DNA of 63,273 nucleotides, counting the filler, from Octopus bimaculoides (Eukaryota), in the NCBI RefSeq assembly GCF_001194135.2. It is 6 parts of 6 records of this genome, joined end to end, with 100 filler letters (N's around TTAATTAATTAA, not from the genome) between each part and the next. Parts side by side here need not be neighbours in the genome. Positions count along the whole stretch, not along the records: positions 1 to 20,999 come from NC_068998.1; 5 more parts are not named here. The stretch is one strand, 5' to 3'. Position numbers and translations under genes: made by a program. Below the pieces are notes generated by a model, which saw nothing but the letters and a program-made list of their open reading frames with translations, did not search any database and was not told where the DNA came from. Below are positions 1 through 11,800 of the stretch, one piece after another (the first letter of the stretch is position 1; each line of letters opens with the position of its first letter).

Positions 1-40
<40 letters not shown>

Positions 41-127
41 AAGCGATAGAGGGAGAGTGAGAGAGAGAGGGAAAGAGAGTGAGCGAGTAAGTATATATGC
101 TTATGAGAGAGAGAAAGAGAGCGAGAG

Positions 128-134
128 TATAAAT
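128..134 (+). promoter_or_regulatory. Possible TATA box for the CCDC113-like gene
   Basis: TATAAAT about 120 nt upstream of the ATG, just after a (TA)n/(GA)n tract. Confidence 0.25.
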
Positions 135-249
135 GTACTGCGTTGCTTTGTGAAAGCGTTAAGTATTTTGAAAACGTCGTAAGAACTGATCATCACAAAA
201 ACACCAACAGAAAAGTGAGAAGGATAGAAAATTATAAGTGTAAAGAAAA

Positions 250-1437
250 ATGCCGAGTTTGCAACCAGTGACGTCACACGAAGATAGCTCTAGAAATATG
301 GAAGAATTACAAACGGACCTTGACACACTGCTTTGTGGAAAACCTAAATGGAAACTTATGTGGCAAATGGGTACTGTCAGTGACCTCACGTTGGAAGAAA
401 TAGCTGAAAAAATAGAGAAAGCAGAAAAGGAGATCCAATTTCTGACCAGAGAAACGCCCCTCTTAGAGAAATATCTAGGAGACAAGTTTGTTTCAAGTGC
501 TAGTGGGAGTGGTGAAGACTCAAGCTCTGGGGTCGGCTCACAGATAAAATCTCAATCAATGTCACCTCTAGCGCTTGCTGCTCGCGCTCTTGTTCGCACT
601 AAACCAGGTAGTTTGACGACTAAACAGAAACTTGTAATCGCTCGACACTGTCACAAGTTATGTAAGGACGAATTGAAATCAACGAAAGACATTACACGCG
701 AATTTATCGAATCGAGCCTGGCTTTAATTGAAAACTACCAAAGAACTTTGGCCGACATTAAATCAGAAAGACAAGAAATCGAAGTGGAATTCGGCGATTT
801 GGTTAAAGCGGATGGCAAAATTCCTTTTCTGCATAAATGGCAAAAATATGTTACCGCAAAGAATATAAAATGTGAAAGTTTAAACAGTACGACAAAGCTA
901 CGTAATGCTGGTCTGAAGCTTAATATTAGAAAACAAATAATGATTAAGAAATATCGAAATGAAGTGGATCCCGTTGAATTCTACAGCAAATGGCTTGAAA
1001 AAAATACACTTAAAGAAGAAATTCAAAATATTATGAAACAAAAAACTCGGTTGAGGAAAGCATTGGTACCGATCGAGAGACACACTTACGAAAAGAAACA
1101 AGAACTTGAGAAGAACGTGAATCAAGGAGAAGAGTTTCGCAAGAAAATTCTGCGAGAGAAGCACAGTTTGTCTTACTTGTTAAACAACCAGCGGCATCAC
1201 GAAGATGCGAAAAAAGTGGAAGAGGCATTGAACAAACAGTTAAATACGCTTTCGGAAACTTATAGGGTACCGTCCGTCTTGGAGTACGTTACTTTGGTGA
1301 AAGACAATAAAGAAAGTAGAGAAACCATTGAAAAATGGAAGAAGAAGGTAGAGGTGGCAGAAATGGTGTACAAAGGGAACGTGAGAAAGTGGAAAGACAT
1401 TTCTGAGAATGTTAAAAAAGATAGGCTTGAAGTATAA
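250..1437 (+). CDS. CCDC113: Intronless CCDC113/CFAP263-like (DUF4201-type) coiled-coil ciliary/flagellar protein, 395 aa, divergent
   Basis: Uninterrupted 395-aa coiled-coil ORF. Motifs align by eye with CCDC113 as I recall it: LTRETPLLEKY ~ LKTETEMFEKY, SLTTKQKL ~ GLTADQKL, and C-terminal YRVPSVLEYV...IEKWKKKVEVAEMVYKGNVRKW ~ FRAPQVMTYV...IRMWERKVEIAEMSLKGHRKAW. A at -3 of the ATG; TATAAAT at 128-134. Confidence 0.8.
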   Translation: MPSLQPVTSHEDSSRNMEELQTDLDTLLCGKPKWKLMWQMGTVSDLTLEEIAEKIEKAEKEIQFLTRETPLLEKYLGDKFVSSASGSGEDSSSGVGSQIKSQSMSPLALAARALVRTKPGSLTTKQKLVIARHCHKLCKDELKSTKDITREFIESSLALIENYQRTLADIKSERQEIEVEFGDLVKADGKIPFLHKWQKYVTAKNIKCESLNSTTKLRNAGLKLNIRKQIMIKKYRNEVDPVEFYSKWLEKNTLKEEIQNIMKQKTRLRKALVPIERHTYEKKQELEKNVNQGEEFRKKILREKHSLSYLLNNQRHHEDAKKVEEALNKQLNTLSETYRVPSVLEYVTLVKDNKESRETIEKWKKKVEVAEMVYKGNVRKWKDISENVKKDRLEV

Positions 1438-1639
1438 TATCCAGTGTCTTTATCATTGTTTTTGTGGCGGGGGAGGGGGGATTGTCTAAAAGGGTTCCAC
1501 TTGAACGAATCGACACCACTTCGTGTTGTTCTTCGCTTTAAAATATGTAACTTTATTCTATCAGTTTTCTTTTGCCGAACCGATACGTTATGGGTACATT
1601 AAGAAACCAAAACCGGTTATCAAGTAGCGATGGTGAGCA

Positions 1640-1641
1640 AA

Positions 1642-1705
<64 letters not shown>

Positions 1706-2110
1706 ACACACATACGCACACACAGAATTGGTATGTGTGTAAGCTTATCTTATGTACATGTATGTGTCTGTGTGAATGCATGTGCGCGCGTGCGTGTGTA
1801 GGTGTGCGTATGTGCATCGCGTGCGCGTCTGAATGAGTCTGTCAATGTGTATGTTGATGTTTGTGTATCTGAGTATGTGTGTGTGAGTGTGTGTGTGTGT
1901 GTGTGTGTGAGTATGTATGCGTATGTGTATGTATGGGTATGTGTATGTATGCGATGCGTATGTGTGTGGACAAGTCTGTCAATGTGTATGTTGATGTATC
2001 CACTTGCAACAGTATGTTTGTATGTTTGTTTATGTATGAGCGCATATGTTGGTATGCGAGTGTTTATATATGTGGTTATATGTGTTTGGAGTTATCTACA
2101 TAGAATATAA
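1640..2110. repeat. Compound (CA)n/(TG)n microsatellite
   Basis: Direct reading. Confidence 0.95.
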
Positions 2111-2343
2111 ATGCGCATGCGTCATGTCTCTGGATCCAAGATTGCTCCTCATCATCTCTTAATTACCACGCAGTTACTAACTACTTTGCACATTACTGAG
2201 AAGTACTCACACAACCACAACAGCGAGAATGTAGTTACATCCTTCGAGTTCCCAATCACATGGTTGCGGGTTCAGTTCGTGTTACGCAGTGGAACTGAAC
2301 CCAGAACCATGTGGTTGAGAATTAAGTTTCTTACCACACAGCC

Positions 2344-2375
<32 letters not shown>

Positions 2376-2440
2376 TAAGGCGGTGAGTCGGCAGAACCGT
2401 AAGCCGGTTGGAATTTCGTTCGTATGTACATTCTAAGAGT

Positions 2441-2611
2441 GGAGGTGCAATGGCACAGTGGTTAGGGCAGCGGACTCGCGGTCATAAGATCACGGTTTCG
2501 ATTCCCAGACCGGACGTTGTGAATGTTTATTGAGCGAAAACACCTAAAGCTCCACAAGGCTCCGGCAGGGGATGGTGGCGAACCCTGCTGTACTCTTTCA
2601 CCACAACTTTC
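2441..2611 (+). mobile_element. tRNA-headed SINE family B, truncated by gap
   Basis: A-box TGGCACAGTGG and B-box GGTTTCGATTCC; near-identical to 39491-39873. Confidence 0.85.
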
Positions 2612-3637
2612 NNNNNNNNNNNNNNNNNNNNNNNNNNNNNNNNNNNNNNNNNNNNNNNNNNNNNNNNNNNNNNNNNNNNNNNNNNNNNNNNNNNNNNNNN
2701 NNNNNNNNNNNNNNNNNNNNNNNNNNNNNNNNNNNNNNNNNNNNNNNNNNNNNNNNNNNNNNNNNNNNNNNNNNNNNNNNNNNNNNNNNNNNNNNNNNNN
2801 NNNNNNNNNNNNNNNNNNNNNNNNNNNNNNNNNNNNNNNNNNNNNNNNNNNNNNNNNNNNNNNNNNNNNNNNNNNNNNNNNNNNNNNNNNNNNNNNNNNN
2901 NNNNNNNNNNNNNNNNNNNNNNNNNNNNNNNNNNNNNNNNNNNNNNNNNNNNNNNNNNNNNNNNNNNNNNNNNNNNNNNNNNNNNNNNNNNNNNNNNNNN
3001 NNNNNNNNNNNNNNNNNNNNNNNNNNNNNNNNNNNNNNNNNNNNNNNNNNNNNNNNNNNNNNNNNNNNNNNNNNNNNNNNNNNNNNNNNNNNNNNNNNNN
3101 NNNNNNNNNNNNNNNNNNNNNNNNNNNNNNNNNNNNNNNNNNNNNNNNNNNNNNNNNNNNNNNNNNNNNNNNNNNNNNNNNNNNNNNNNNNNNNNNNNNN
3201 NNNNNNNNNNNNNNNNNNNNNNNNNNNNNNNNNNNNNNNNNNNNNNNNNNNNNNNNNNNNNNNNNNNNNNNNNNNNNNNNNNNNNNNNNNNNNNNNNNNN
3301 NNNNNNNNNNNNNNNNNNNNNNNNNNNNNNNNNNNNNNNNNNNNNNNNNNNNNNNNNNNNNNNNNNNNNNNNNNNNNNNNNNNNNNNNNNNNNNNNNNNN
3401 NNNNNNNNNNNNNNNNNNNNNNNNNNNNNNNNNNNNNNNNNNNNNNNNNNNNNNNNNNNNNNNNNNNNNNNNNNNNNNNNNNNNNNNNNNNNNNNNNNNN
3501 NNNNNNNNNNNNNNNNNNNNNNNNNNNNNNNNNNNNNTGTATATATGTGTGTATATAAGAGAAAGATGCATACACTACTTATTCACATAATGTTTATATT
3601 CATGTTACATAGACTCAATACTGACCGGATTCTGTCC

Positions 3638-3695
<58 letters not shown>

Positions 3696-4444
3696 GCACA
3701 CACACAGTTATGTAAATAAATACGTTAATAACCTAATACTATATTGATAAACAGATTACATACCGGATATAGACTCACACACACACATACACACACAAGC
3801 AGACGCGCGCATACTGGCTTCTAGAAACTCGTATACCAATATTCAGTATTCCAGCAGAACCGAGTATTATTGCCTCACTTAATATTAACTACTTGCAAAG
3901 TGTTTATGAGAGAGAGAGAAAGAAACAAATATAGCTACATGTCATTCTGCAAAGGCAAATGCTTCCTGTGACACTTTGGTGTCTCTAACCTCAGCTGTCG
4001 TCACTTCCGCTAAATAGCATTACATATTTATTAATAATCAAACTGTCTTAGCTGTATCACTGTCGCCATATGCAATCATAGTTGTTTGGTTAAAACGTTC
4101 GTTTCACGTGCTTTTAGGTACGATTCCCACTGCATATCACGTTATGTGTCTCTCACCACGGTTTTGAGTTAGTATAAGTACTGAGAGGGAATTTTCGTTG
4201 ATGGGGAAACGACTTGGAGCGGGTCGATAGTTGTGCCCCATTCCTGTGTTTGTGATAGACAATTTATCGATAGGTTTAATAAAATCACTTGGGAGCTTGT
4301 AGCTGTCTGTGAAGGACTGTTGTGAATATATATTATTCTCTTCCTCACACAAAACTCGAAGACCCTATAAAGAGTCAAGGTACCATCTTTCCTTCTCGGC
4401 CCTAATCATTTATATGAGCTCCAAATAATTTTTTTCTCTGGATA

Positions 4445-4660
4445 CAAATCCTGAAATTTTAGGATAGGGAGCCGGTCGATTACAACGACCTCAGCGCTCA
4501 CCTGGTACTTATTTTATCGAACGTAAAGCAGAAATTCTTTCTACTCTAAGTTCAATGCCTGAAATTTGGTGGGAGGCCATTGACTTTATTTTATCGATTC
4601 CCAGATAACGAAGCTCAAGGTCGACCTTGGTAGGATTTGAACTAAGAATGTAAAATACCC
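4445..4660 (-). mobile_element. Diverged SINE family M fragments
   Basis: CTGGTACTTATTTTATCGA and GGTCGACCTTGGTAGGATTTGAACT motifs. Confidence 0.6.
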
Positions 4661-4982
4661 AAGTACATACAGTAATAATTTTAGTGATGTGTGAGAGGGT
4701 ATTTGCCAGGGAAACACTGTGGTAGACGAATCGATTTTCAATAGATTCTAAAATCCTAGAAAAATAGTAAAGTATAAAAGACAACTCAGTCTCCAAGAAA
4801 GGCACGATGGGTATACATGTTCGTTTCTCCTTCACTGTAAATTAAAATCATTTTGTCTTAAGATTTTGCAATTTTACAGAACTATCGTCTCAGGAAAGCG
4901 AATAATGGAAGCCCTTTGTGGTCACAATCTGTGAGAAATAATAACCATTTCTCTCTGAAAGAAATATTATCTTGTCTTTTGC

Positions 4983-5292
4983 TTTTCTTTTACTAGTTGC
5001 AGTTTGTGGACTGCAGCCATGCTGGGGCACCACCCTGAAAGGTTAAGTCGAACAATATACCTGAGTTCTTATTCTATCCACCTCTTTTTGTCGAACGGGG
5101 ACACACCTACACCGGTTACCAAGCGATGGTAGAGGACAAATACGCATACATGTCTATATATAATCAGTTTTCGTCCACCAGATTCACTCACAAGGTTTTG
5201 GTCGACCCAGGCCAATAGTAGAATACACTTATCGAAGGTGCCACGCAGTGAAACTGAACGTAGAACCAAGTGGTCGGTATCCGAAATTCTTA
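4983..5292 (-). mobile_element. SINE family A, diverged
   Basis: Homologous to 16509-16864 on the minus strand. Confidence 0.75.
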
Positions 5293-5439
5293 TCAAAAAG
5301 GTTCAGAATGAAAGTGGGGAGAAGTTAAAATATTTTTAAAAAACATTTTTTTTTTCAACGAATCTTTCACAGAAGGAAGCAAACAATTTTTTCCCTAGCT
5401 TTTCTCCTCCATAAAATGGTTAGTCCACGAAAGGAACAA

Positions 5440-5657
5440 AGGGCCGGTTTCTCAGTTTCTCTGGCGTATATATTCCCCACCTGGATTGGACGCCAGTCCA
5501 TCGCGGAGTCATTAATCTTTACCGACTGATTGGACAGGAGCAACGTGAAATGAAGTGTTTTGCTCAAGAACACAATGCCTCGCCCGGTCCAGGAATCGAA
5601 ACCACAATCTTACGATCATGAATCCAACACCTTAACCACTAAGCCATGCGCCTCCCG
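5440..5657 (-). mobile_element. SINE with tRNA head, CORE-like centre and V-SINE-like domain
   Basis: Minus strand: A/B boxes, TGTGTTCTTGAGCAAAACACTT, then GCGATGGACTGGCGTCCAATCCAGG resembling the V-domain motif as recalled. Confidence 0.7.
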
Positions 5658-6197
5658 CCTCTATGAAGTATTCCACCTATCAGAATTTATACCCGTCTCA
5701 TGAAACGAGTGTACTAGAAAAGAAAAATATCCTTTAAAAAAAATAATAAATAAAACCAGATACACTGCTCTCAAATGAAAGGCTGGATTGTCATGGCTGG
5801 AGTACATTTTTTCAAAGATCTACTTTAAAACTTCTGTGCGGCCGAACAACATTTGTATAACTTAATAGCAAACAAATGGAAGTTTTGCTGTTTCCCCCCC
5901 CCACCTCTTTTCCCTCTCCAGCTCTTATCTCAAACAAACATTTGCAGTGACTAAATATTGGTTTTGAGAAGAATTCCATCGTTTCTAAATATGTATAAAC
6001 AGTTGTTTAAAATTACTTTTGCACGTTCAGTCATCGCCACCTTCCACTGTATAAAGAGTTGCTTTAGAACGTGTGTACATTCAAAGTATATGTAGTCACC
6101 CGCTTCCAACAAAGATATTGGGTGAACCAATGAGGTTACCTCTAGGTGTTCCCTCCATCTACTAGAAATAGCAATCCTGTCTCCCTCAAACTTACCA

Positions 6198-6227
6198 TTG
6201 GGTTGTCCGGAAAGTTCGTGCCGATTT
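6198..6227 (+). mobile_element. Solitary mariner-type terminal inverted repeat
   Basis: TTGGGTTGTCCGGAAAGTTCGTGCCGATTT resembles mariner TIRs; no partner TIR found. Confidence 0.5.
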
Positions 6228-7201
6228 ATAGTAGCTTACCTTTCGACTTATTTGCTATGAAACCACCTCAATTCTGGAATTTTTTTCTCTTTCGTTGAAT
6301 GAATTCCTGTAACATTTTAATCTGCTATAAAATCCTTTTGGGGGTCCGAAAAACGGAGTGCGGTGAGGTGGAAGCCTCGGAAATTTCACCCACCCCTACC
6401 CCCATTGATCTTTTCACCAGCACGATTTTCACTAAGGAAAAAAAAAAAAATTTCCAATGAATCCGGGACAGATTTCTCTAACCCTAAAAAGATCAATGTG
6501 ATGTGGTGTTCGTACCTTTCTCATAGCAGTTTGGGTCACGGAATTTTTTTTTTTTTTTTGCCAATTGTGTCCTTCGAAACGTCTTTTCTAGTCTCAAACA
6601 TTTTTACTGAGTCGTAGGACGGACTCATTGAGCCGGGTACCCAGTCTCCATAGCGTATTTAAAACCGGGTTTACGACACACCTGAATTGGAAACCAGTCC
6701 ACCATGAGGGAGTCTCACAAACAGAAATCCCTAATTCTCAAACCCCTTGTGTGTGTGGGGAGGGTGCTTCAGAAATAATAGGGCTTATGTAAACAGAAGA
6801 ATGCTTTCCTAGAGGGCATAAGCTAATTGTAAAAATTTCAGTAACGAATCAAAACCAAATCGTTGGTTCCATTTGAAAAATTAGTTTATTTTAGCTTATT
6901 TGGTGGGGATTTCAGTAATAAAAAGGTCTTATGTAGACACAAAATAATACTTTTTCTGAAGTGTATTGGTTTTTACGAATTGAAACCGAATCGCTGGTTC
7001 CAATTGAAACCATTTAGTTTGGTGATGGTCTTACCGTTTTAAGAATTTTGAAGATGTGGTGTTGATCCTCCACTCTCACCCTACCACACACATATACACC
7101 AATTAAACACTTAGATGTAAGACTGATAAATCTACAACCAGGAATTGAAACCGGTTCGCTATTTCTGCCTCACGAGAATTTGCGTTTAGGAAAAAAAAAT
7201 A

Positions 7202-7392
7202 GGTGAAGGAATGGCGAGAAGTTTGCTTCCAAACTACATGGTTTCCGATTCAGTCCCACTGTATAACACCTTGGTAAGCGTCTGAGTGGATTTGATACAC
7301 GGTGAGGTGAAGGTCGACAAATTCGATTGAAATTCAAGACGGAGCCCCAGGATGGCCGCACTATAACTGAAACAAGACAGAAAAATAAAAAA
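7202..7392 (+). mobile_element. SINE family A, internally deleted
   Basis: Head and tail motifs of family A joined with the middle missing. Confidence 0.65.
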
Positions 7393-8584
7393 ATAAAAAC
7401 AAAACCTGACGCGGTGGACGTATTCTAAATTTTTTTTTGCGCAAGTTTATCTGTAAGCGTATATTCGTCTTAACGAAAAATGTGGCCCCCGTTTTAAAAA
7501 AGATCCCAGGCTAGCGCGAGTTAACCAACAATCAAATGAGCTCCAGGTTGTAATCAGATTTATATTAAAGTTAGCGTTACCCAGCGTTGTCCTTTCTTCG
7601 CGACGGGTGGTGGGGGATTACGATTTGGCTACTATTTCTAAAGTCACCCGCCATGTAGTGGCTCCGATTGTCGGACACGTAACGTGCGAGTATTTAAGCG
7701 TATAACAAGATTAGCGGTACTTGAGTTGTCGCTTTCTTGAATGGAATAACTAATGATAGAAATAAAAACAATTTCTACAAATACCAGTGATGTAGTGTCT
7801 GTATCACGTTGTGTTGTAGCGTATAATAGGATGCCGTGGTCGTCATTCGTTTCTCAAATATGCACAACAATAATAACCCGTCCTTGAAATCGCAACGAAT
7901 TTTTTTTTATTTGGCACATAGGCCATGACACAGAAGGGATAGCACAAGGACACAACAAAACATTTAGGGGCTGGGGTTATACTTTAGTTTAAAAAATCAA
8001 ATATAATGAAATCGGATGAAAATACACAGTATAATGAACAGTATAATGAAATCGAAATGAATATATAAATTATATGTTGATATTTTTCCGGGTTCATATT
8101 CGACCCACCGTTTTTTTTTTACCCTTTTTTTTAAAGGCTTTTTATAATAGCCACTTTTTAAAAAAAATTTCCTTCCGTCATTTCCTTCTTTTCCGTTCAG
8201 ACCGACCACACTAGCATGGCCCCATTTATCCCTAACTTCCTTACATTGGTCCAGCATTTTTCAAACGCTCTTCGAGACAGACATCTCTTCTTTAGGCTGA
8301 TCTTCCTGGACAGGTAGTTGCTAAAAAACAAAAAAAAAATTAACCAACCGGCGTCCGCAGATGAAGTTACCTGTCTCAATTCCTCTTCCACACGCGTCAC
8401 CCATACAAAGTGTTTTTTTCAATACGGTCGGGAAGGTTGTTTTATGTATTTATAATTTATTCATATGCAAATATCCCTCGTGACAAAACAGAAGCCATTT
8501 TGCACGTGGGCAACTATATAATGCTTATAACTGCAGGTGAAAAAAATACTTATAATCCATATGAGCGTACTTGAGTAGATGTAG

Positions 8585-8890
8585 GTATATTTTATCTTTT
8601 TATTATTTCATTCGTTTTTTTTTTTCTATCTTTTCCTAATTCATTCGTTTCTTTTGCTTCTTTTCTTAAATTTCTGTTTTATAACTTTAGTTCTCCGAGT
8701 CTATGTTCTGTCTCGTGTTTGTATTAGTCATTTAATTTCGATGTACGTCTTTTATAGGTAATAGAAATAAAAAGCGTTGGTATATTTTATTTTTCTGACT
8801 TCGCTTGGTGTTTCTTTGTTGCTAAATATTTTGAATTAATTTCTTTAAAATTTACTTTATTAAAAAAATATATTTTTTTGTTTTTATCAG
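8585..8890 (+). other. Probable intron ending 7 nt upstream of the zinc-knuckle ATG
   Basis: Very T-rich tract ending TTTTTTGTTTTTATCAG|AGCTAATATG. Candidate donors at 8314 (CAG|GTAGTT), near 8537 (CAG|GTGAAA) and 8585 (TAG|GTATAT). Acceptor well supported, donor uncertain. Confidence 0.55.
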
Positions 8891-8897
8891 AGCTAAT

Positions 8898-11800
8898 ATG
8901 GAGAATTTTGAAACCTCTGCTTGTCGTTTATGTGGTGACAAACATCAGATAGGAAAGTGTCCGAACACAACGTGTACACAACCAGCAACACCACAATCAT
9001 CACAACAACAACAACCAGATGTTATATCTGATGGAACCCCTTCACCACATTCCTCCTCTTCACCACATTCCTCATCTACTTCATCCTCGTCTTCGACATC
9101 ACCGTCGCAAACGCAGGAAGCGAAGTCGGAACGTTCTGAGAAGAAAAAAAGACTTCAAGGTCGCTGTTTTAAATGTCACCGAATGGGTCACTATGCCCGC
9201 GACTGTTATTCAGACCGGTGTTACCAGTGCCACAAGAGCGGACACTTGGCTAAACACTGTTTCATGTTTGTTAGCCGGTGTTACATATGTAACCAACTTG
9301 GTCACGTGGCTCGACAGTGTAACCAAGAAATACTGAGTGGTTGCTGTTACAACTGTGGCCAACAGGGACATGTCCAGCGCTACTGCCCCAGCTTGATCTA
9401 TCGTACTTGCTATCGTTGTGGCGAAACCGGGCATGTAGCTCGCAAATGTGTCCATTTGTCCGGCAGTACGTACAATGGAAACAATAATACCACTAAACTG
9501 GATGGTACGGTTTCAAAACCTGATACAGCGTCAGAAAATTTTTCAACTACCAGTACTACCGCAGACATCAGAAACAACAACACTGCTGTTCCCACCACCA
9601 CCACTGTAACTACTATCAATACCAATATGACCACCATTAGCGTTGACTACACTATCAACACCGCCACTTCAACCACTGACATCTCCGCCGCTCCTGATGA
9701 TGCAGTCAATACTGACACAACCAAGGATGCTACCACTACCACTGTTAGCGCTACTATTCCAAGCACTATCACTTCTACTACTGATGCCATTAGTACCACC
9801 ACCACAAGTACTACCACCACCACAAGTACTACCACCACAAGTACTACCACCACAAGTACTACCACCACAAGTACTACCACCACAAGTACTACCACCACAA
9901 GTACTACTCCCACCACTAGTGCTATAGATACTAGTGGCCTGTCTCTCGCCACAGACTATTCTGTGGTTAGAACTGACAATGTTGATGAAACCAGTGGCAT
10001 TGCAATGAGTGATATTCAGGCAATCCAAAAGCAAGACAGCGACTCGGACAGCAGCACCAGTGATTCGGAAATAATTTACCGTGTTAAACTTGAAAGTAGT
10101 CAAAGTTCGACTGGGTCGGAAATGATTTGCAGAATGGGTAGTAGTGAAGATGAAGATATGGAGGCTCGGAGGACTCTTCTATTGAGAGACTTTGAAGAAG
10201 TCGAAGGAACTACTGAACTCTGTGAGCAGACAGCTACGGCGAGATTATCCGATACCGAAGGAGACCAGTTTGACATTCATGGGAAAAATCCAGACGAGTC
10301 AAAAGAGACTAGTAATGAAGTTTGTCCTGAAGGTAATCCCAGCAGAGACGGGTCACTAGAATCTAATGCTGCTCCTAGTTCAGGAGATATTAATTCAAAT
10401 GACAACCTAACAGAATTTAAAAATTATTTTGAAACCGCAAGTGAAGTGAGCAATCCCCAGGCCGTGTCTGACCGAAGCATCCCCGAGAAGAGGTCGGTCA
10501 CAAATAGCCCTGGGAAGCAAGCAATGCATGATGTTGGTCACGATCTTGTGGTATCGGATAAAAGCTCTATGGTGTCTAATAATTTCGACTATCAAGCTAA
10601 CAATGAGATCAATCGTTTAACAACGGCATTAAGTTCAAATGACTACGAAGCAGTCAGTGGTTCGAATAACGACAGGTCTATCTCTATGACCAACACTGAG
10701 ATCAATTTTAGTTGTGTCGTTCTGGATGAGACCGTAACTTGTAATTCTAGAGAATTGTCAAGAGAGCCCAGTTCTAGCATAGATCTCACAACAGAACAGA
10801 ACGCTCAGTTGGAGAAAAGCGAAGAATTCAATGCTTCTTGTAAAGTTTCAAAGTTAACCGAAGACGTCATTGATACAAGCGGCTCTGACAGCGATCAACT
10901 GACGTCATCGGATGACACTGTTGTTTCAGCAAAAGACACCCTCACAACTACTGATGTTGAATACGATACAACTACAACCACAGCGGATTCTGCAGCAGAC
11001 CTCCCCGCTATAACGGAAATTGAGGACTCTAGAGTTATTACTACTACAGACACTGCGACTTCTACAGCTGCAACGGACACTGCGACTCCTACAGCTGCAA
11101 CGGACACTGCGACTCCTACAGCTGCAACGGACACTGCGACTCCTACAGCTGCAACGGACACTGCGACCCCTACAGCTGCAACGGACACTGCGACCCCTAC
11201 AGCTGCAACGGACNNNNNNNNNNNNNNNNNNNNNNNNNNNNNNNNNNNNNNNNNNNNNNNNNNNNNNNNNNNNNNNNNNNNNNNNNNNNNNNNNNNNNNN
11301 NNNNNNNNNNNNNNNNNNNNNNNNNNNNNNNNNNNNNNNNNNNNNNNNNNNNNNNNNNNNNNNNNNNNNNNNNNNNNNNNNNNNNNNNNNNNNNNNNNNN
11401 NNNNNNNNNNNNNNNNNNNNNNNNNNNNNNNNNNNNNNNNNNNNNNNNNNNNNNNNNNNNNNNNNNNNNNNNNNNNNNNNNNNNNNNNNNNNNNNNNNNN
11501 NNNNNNNNNNNNNNNNNNNNNNNNNNNNNNNNNNNNNNNNNNNNNNNNNNNNNNNNNNNNNNNNNNNNNNNNNNNNNNNNNNNNNNNNNNNNNNNNNNNN
11601 NNNNNNNNNNNNNNNNNNNNNNNNNNNNNNNNNNNNNNNNNNNNNNNNNNNNNNNNNNNNNNNNNNNNNNNNNNNNNNNNNNNNNNNNNNNNNNNNNNNN
11701 NNNNNNNNNNNNNNNNNNNNNNNNNNNNNNNNNNNNNNNNNNNNNNNNNNNNNNNNNNNNNNNNNNNNNNNNNNNNNNNNNNNNNNNNNNNNNNNNNNNN

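Noticed and set aside
4137-4352. Short unique-sequence ORFs (4137-4352 -, 25676-25867 +, 17110-17330) as exons
   Set aside because: No recognisable homology or consistent splice signals.
8160-8400. Minus-strand spliced mini-gene (CAG|GTAACT donor at 8370, acceptors at 8321/8306)
   Set aside because: The two ATG/GTG-initiated frames stop soon after splicing and the introns would be only 50-65 nt. At most a divergent non-coding transcript.
8922-9449. Retroviral/LTR gag nucleocapsid origin of the zinc knuckles
   Set aside because: Five to six closely spaced knuckles with CNBP-like residues; no capsid, protease, pol or LTRs nearby.
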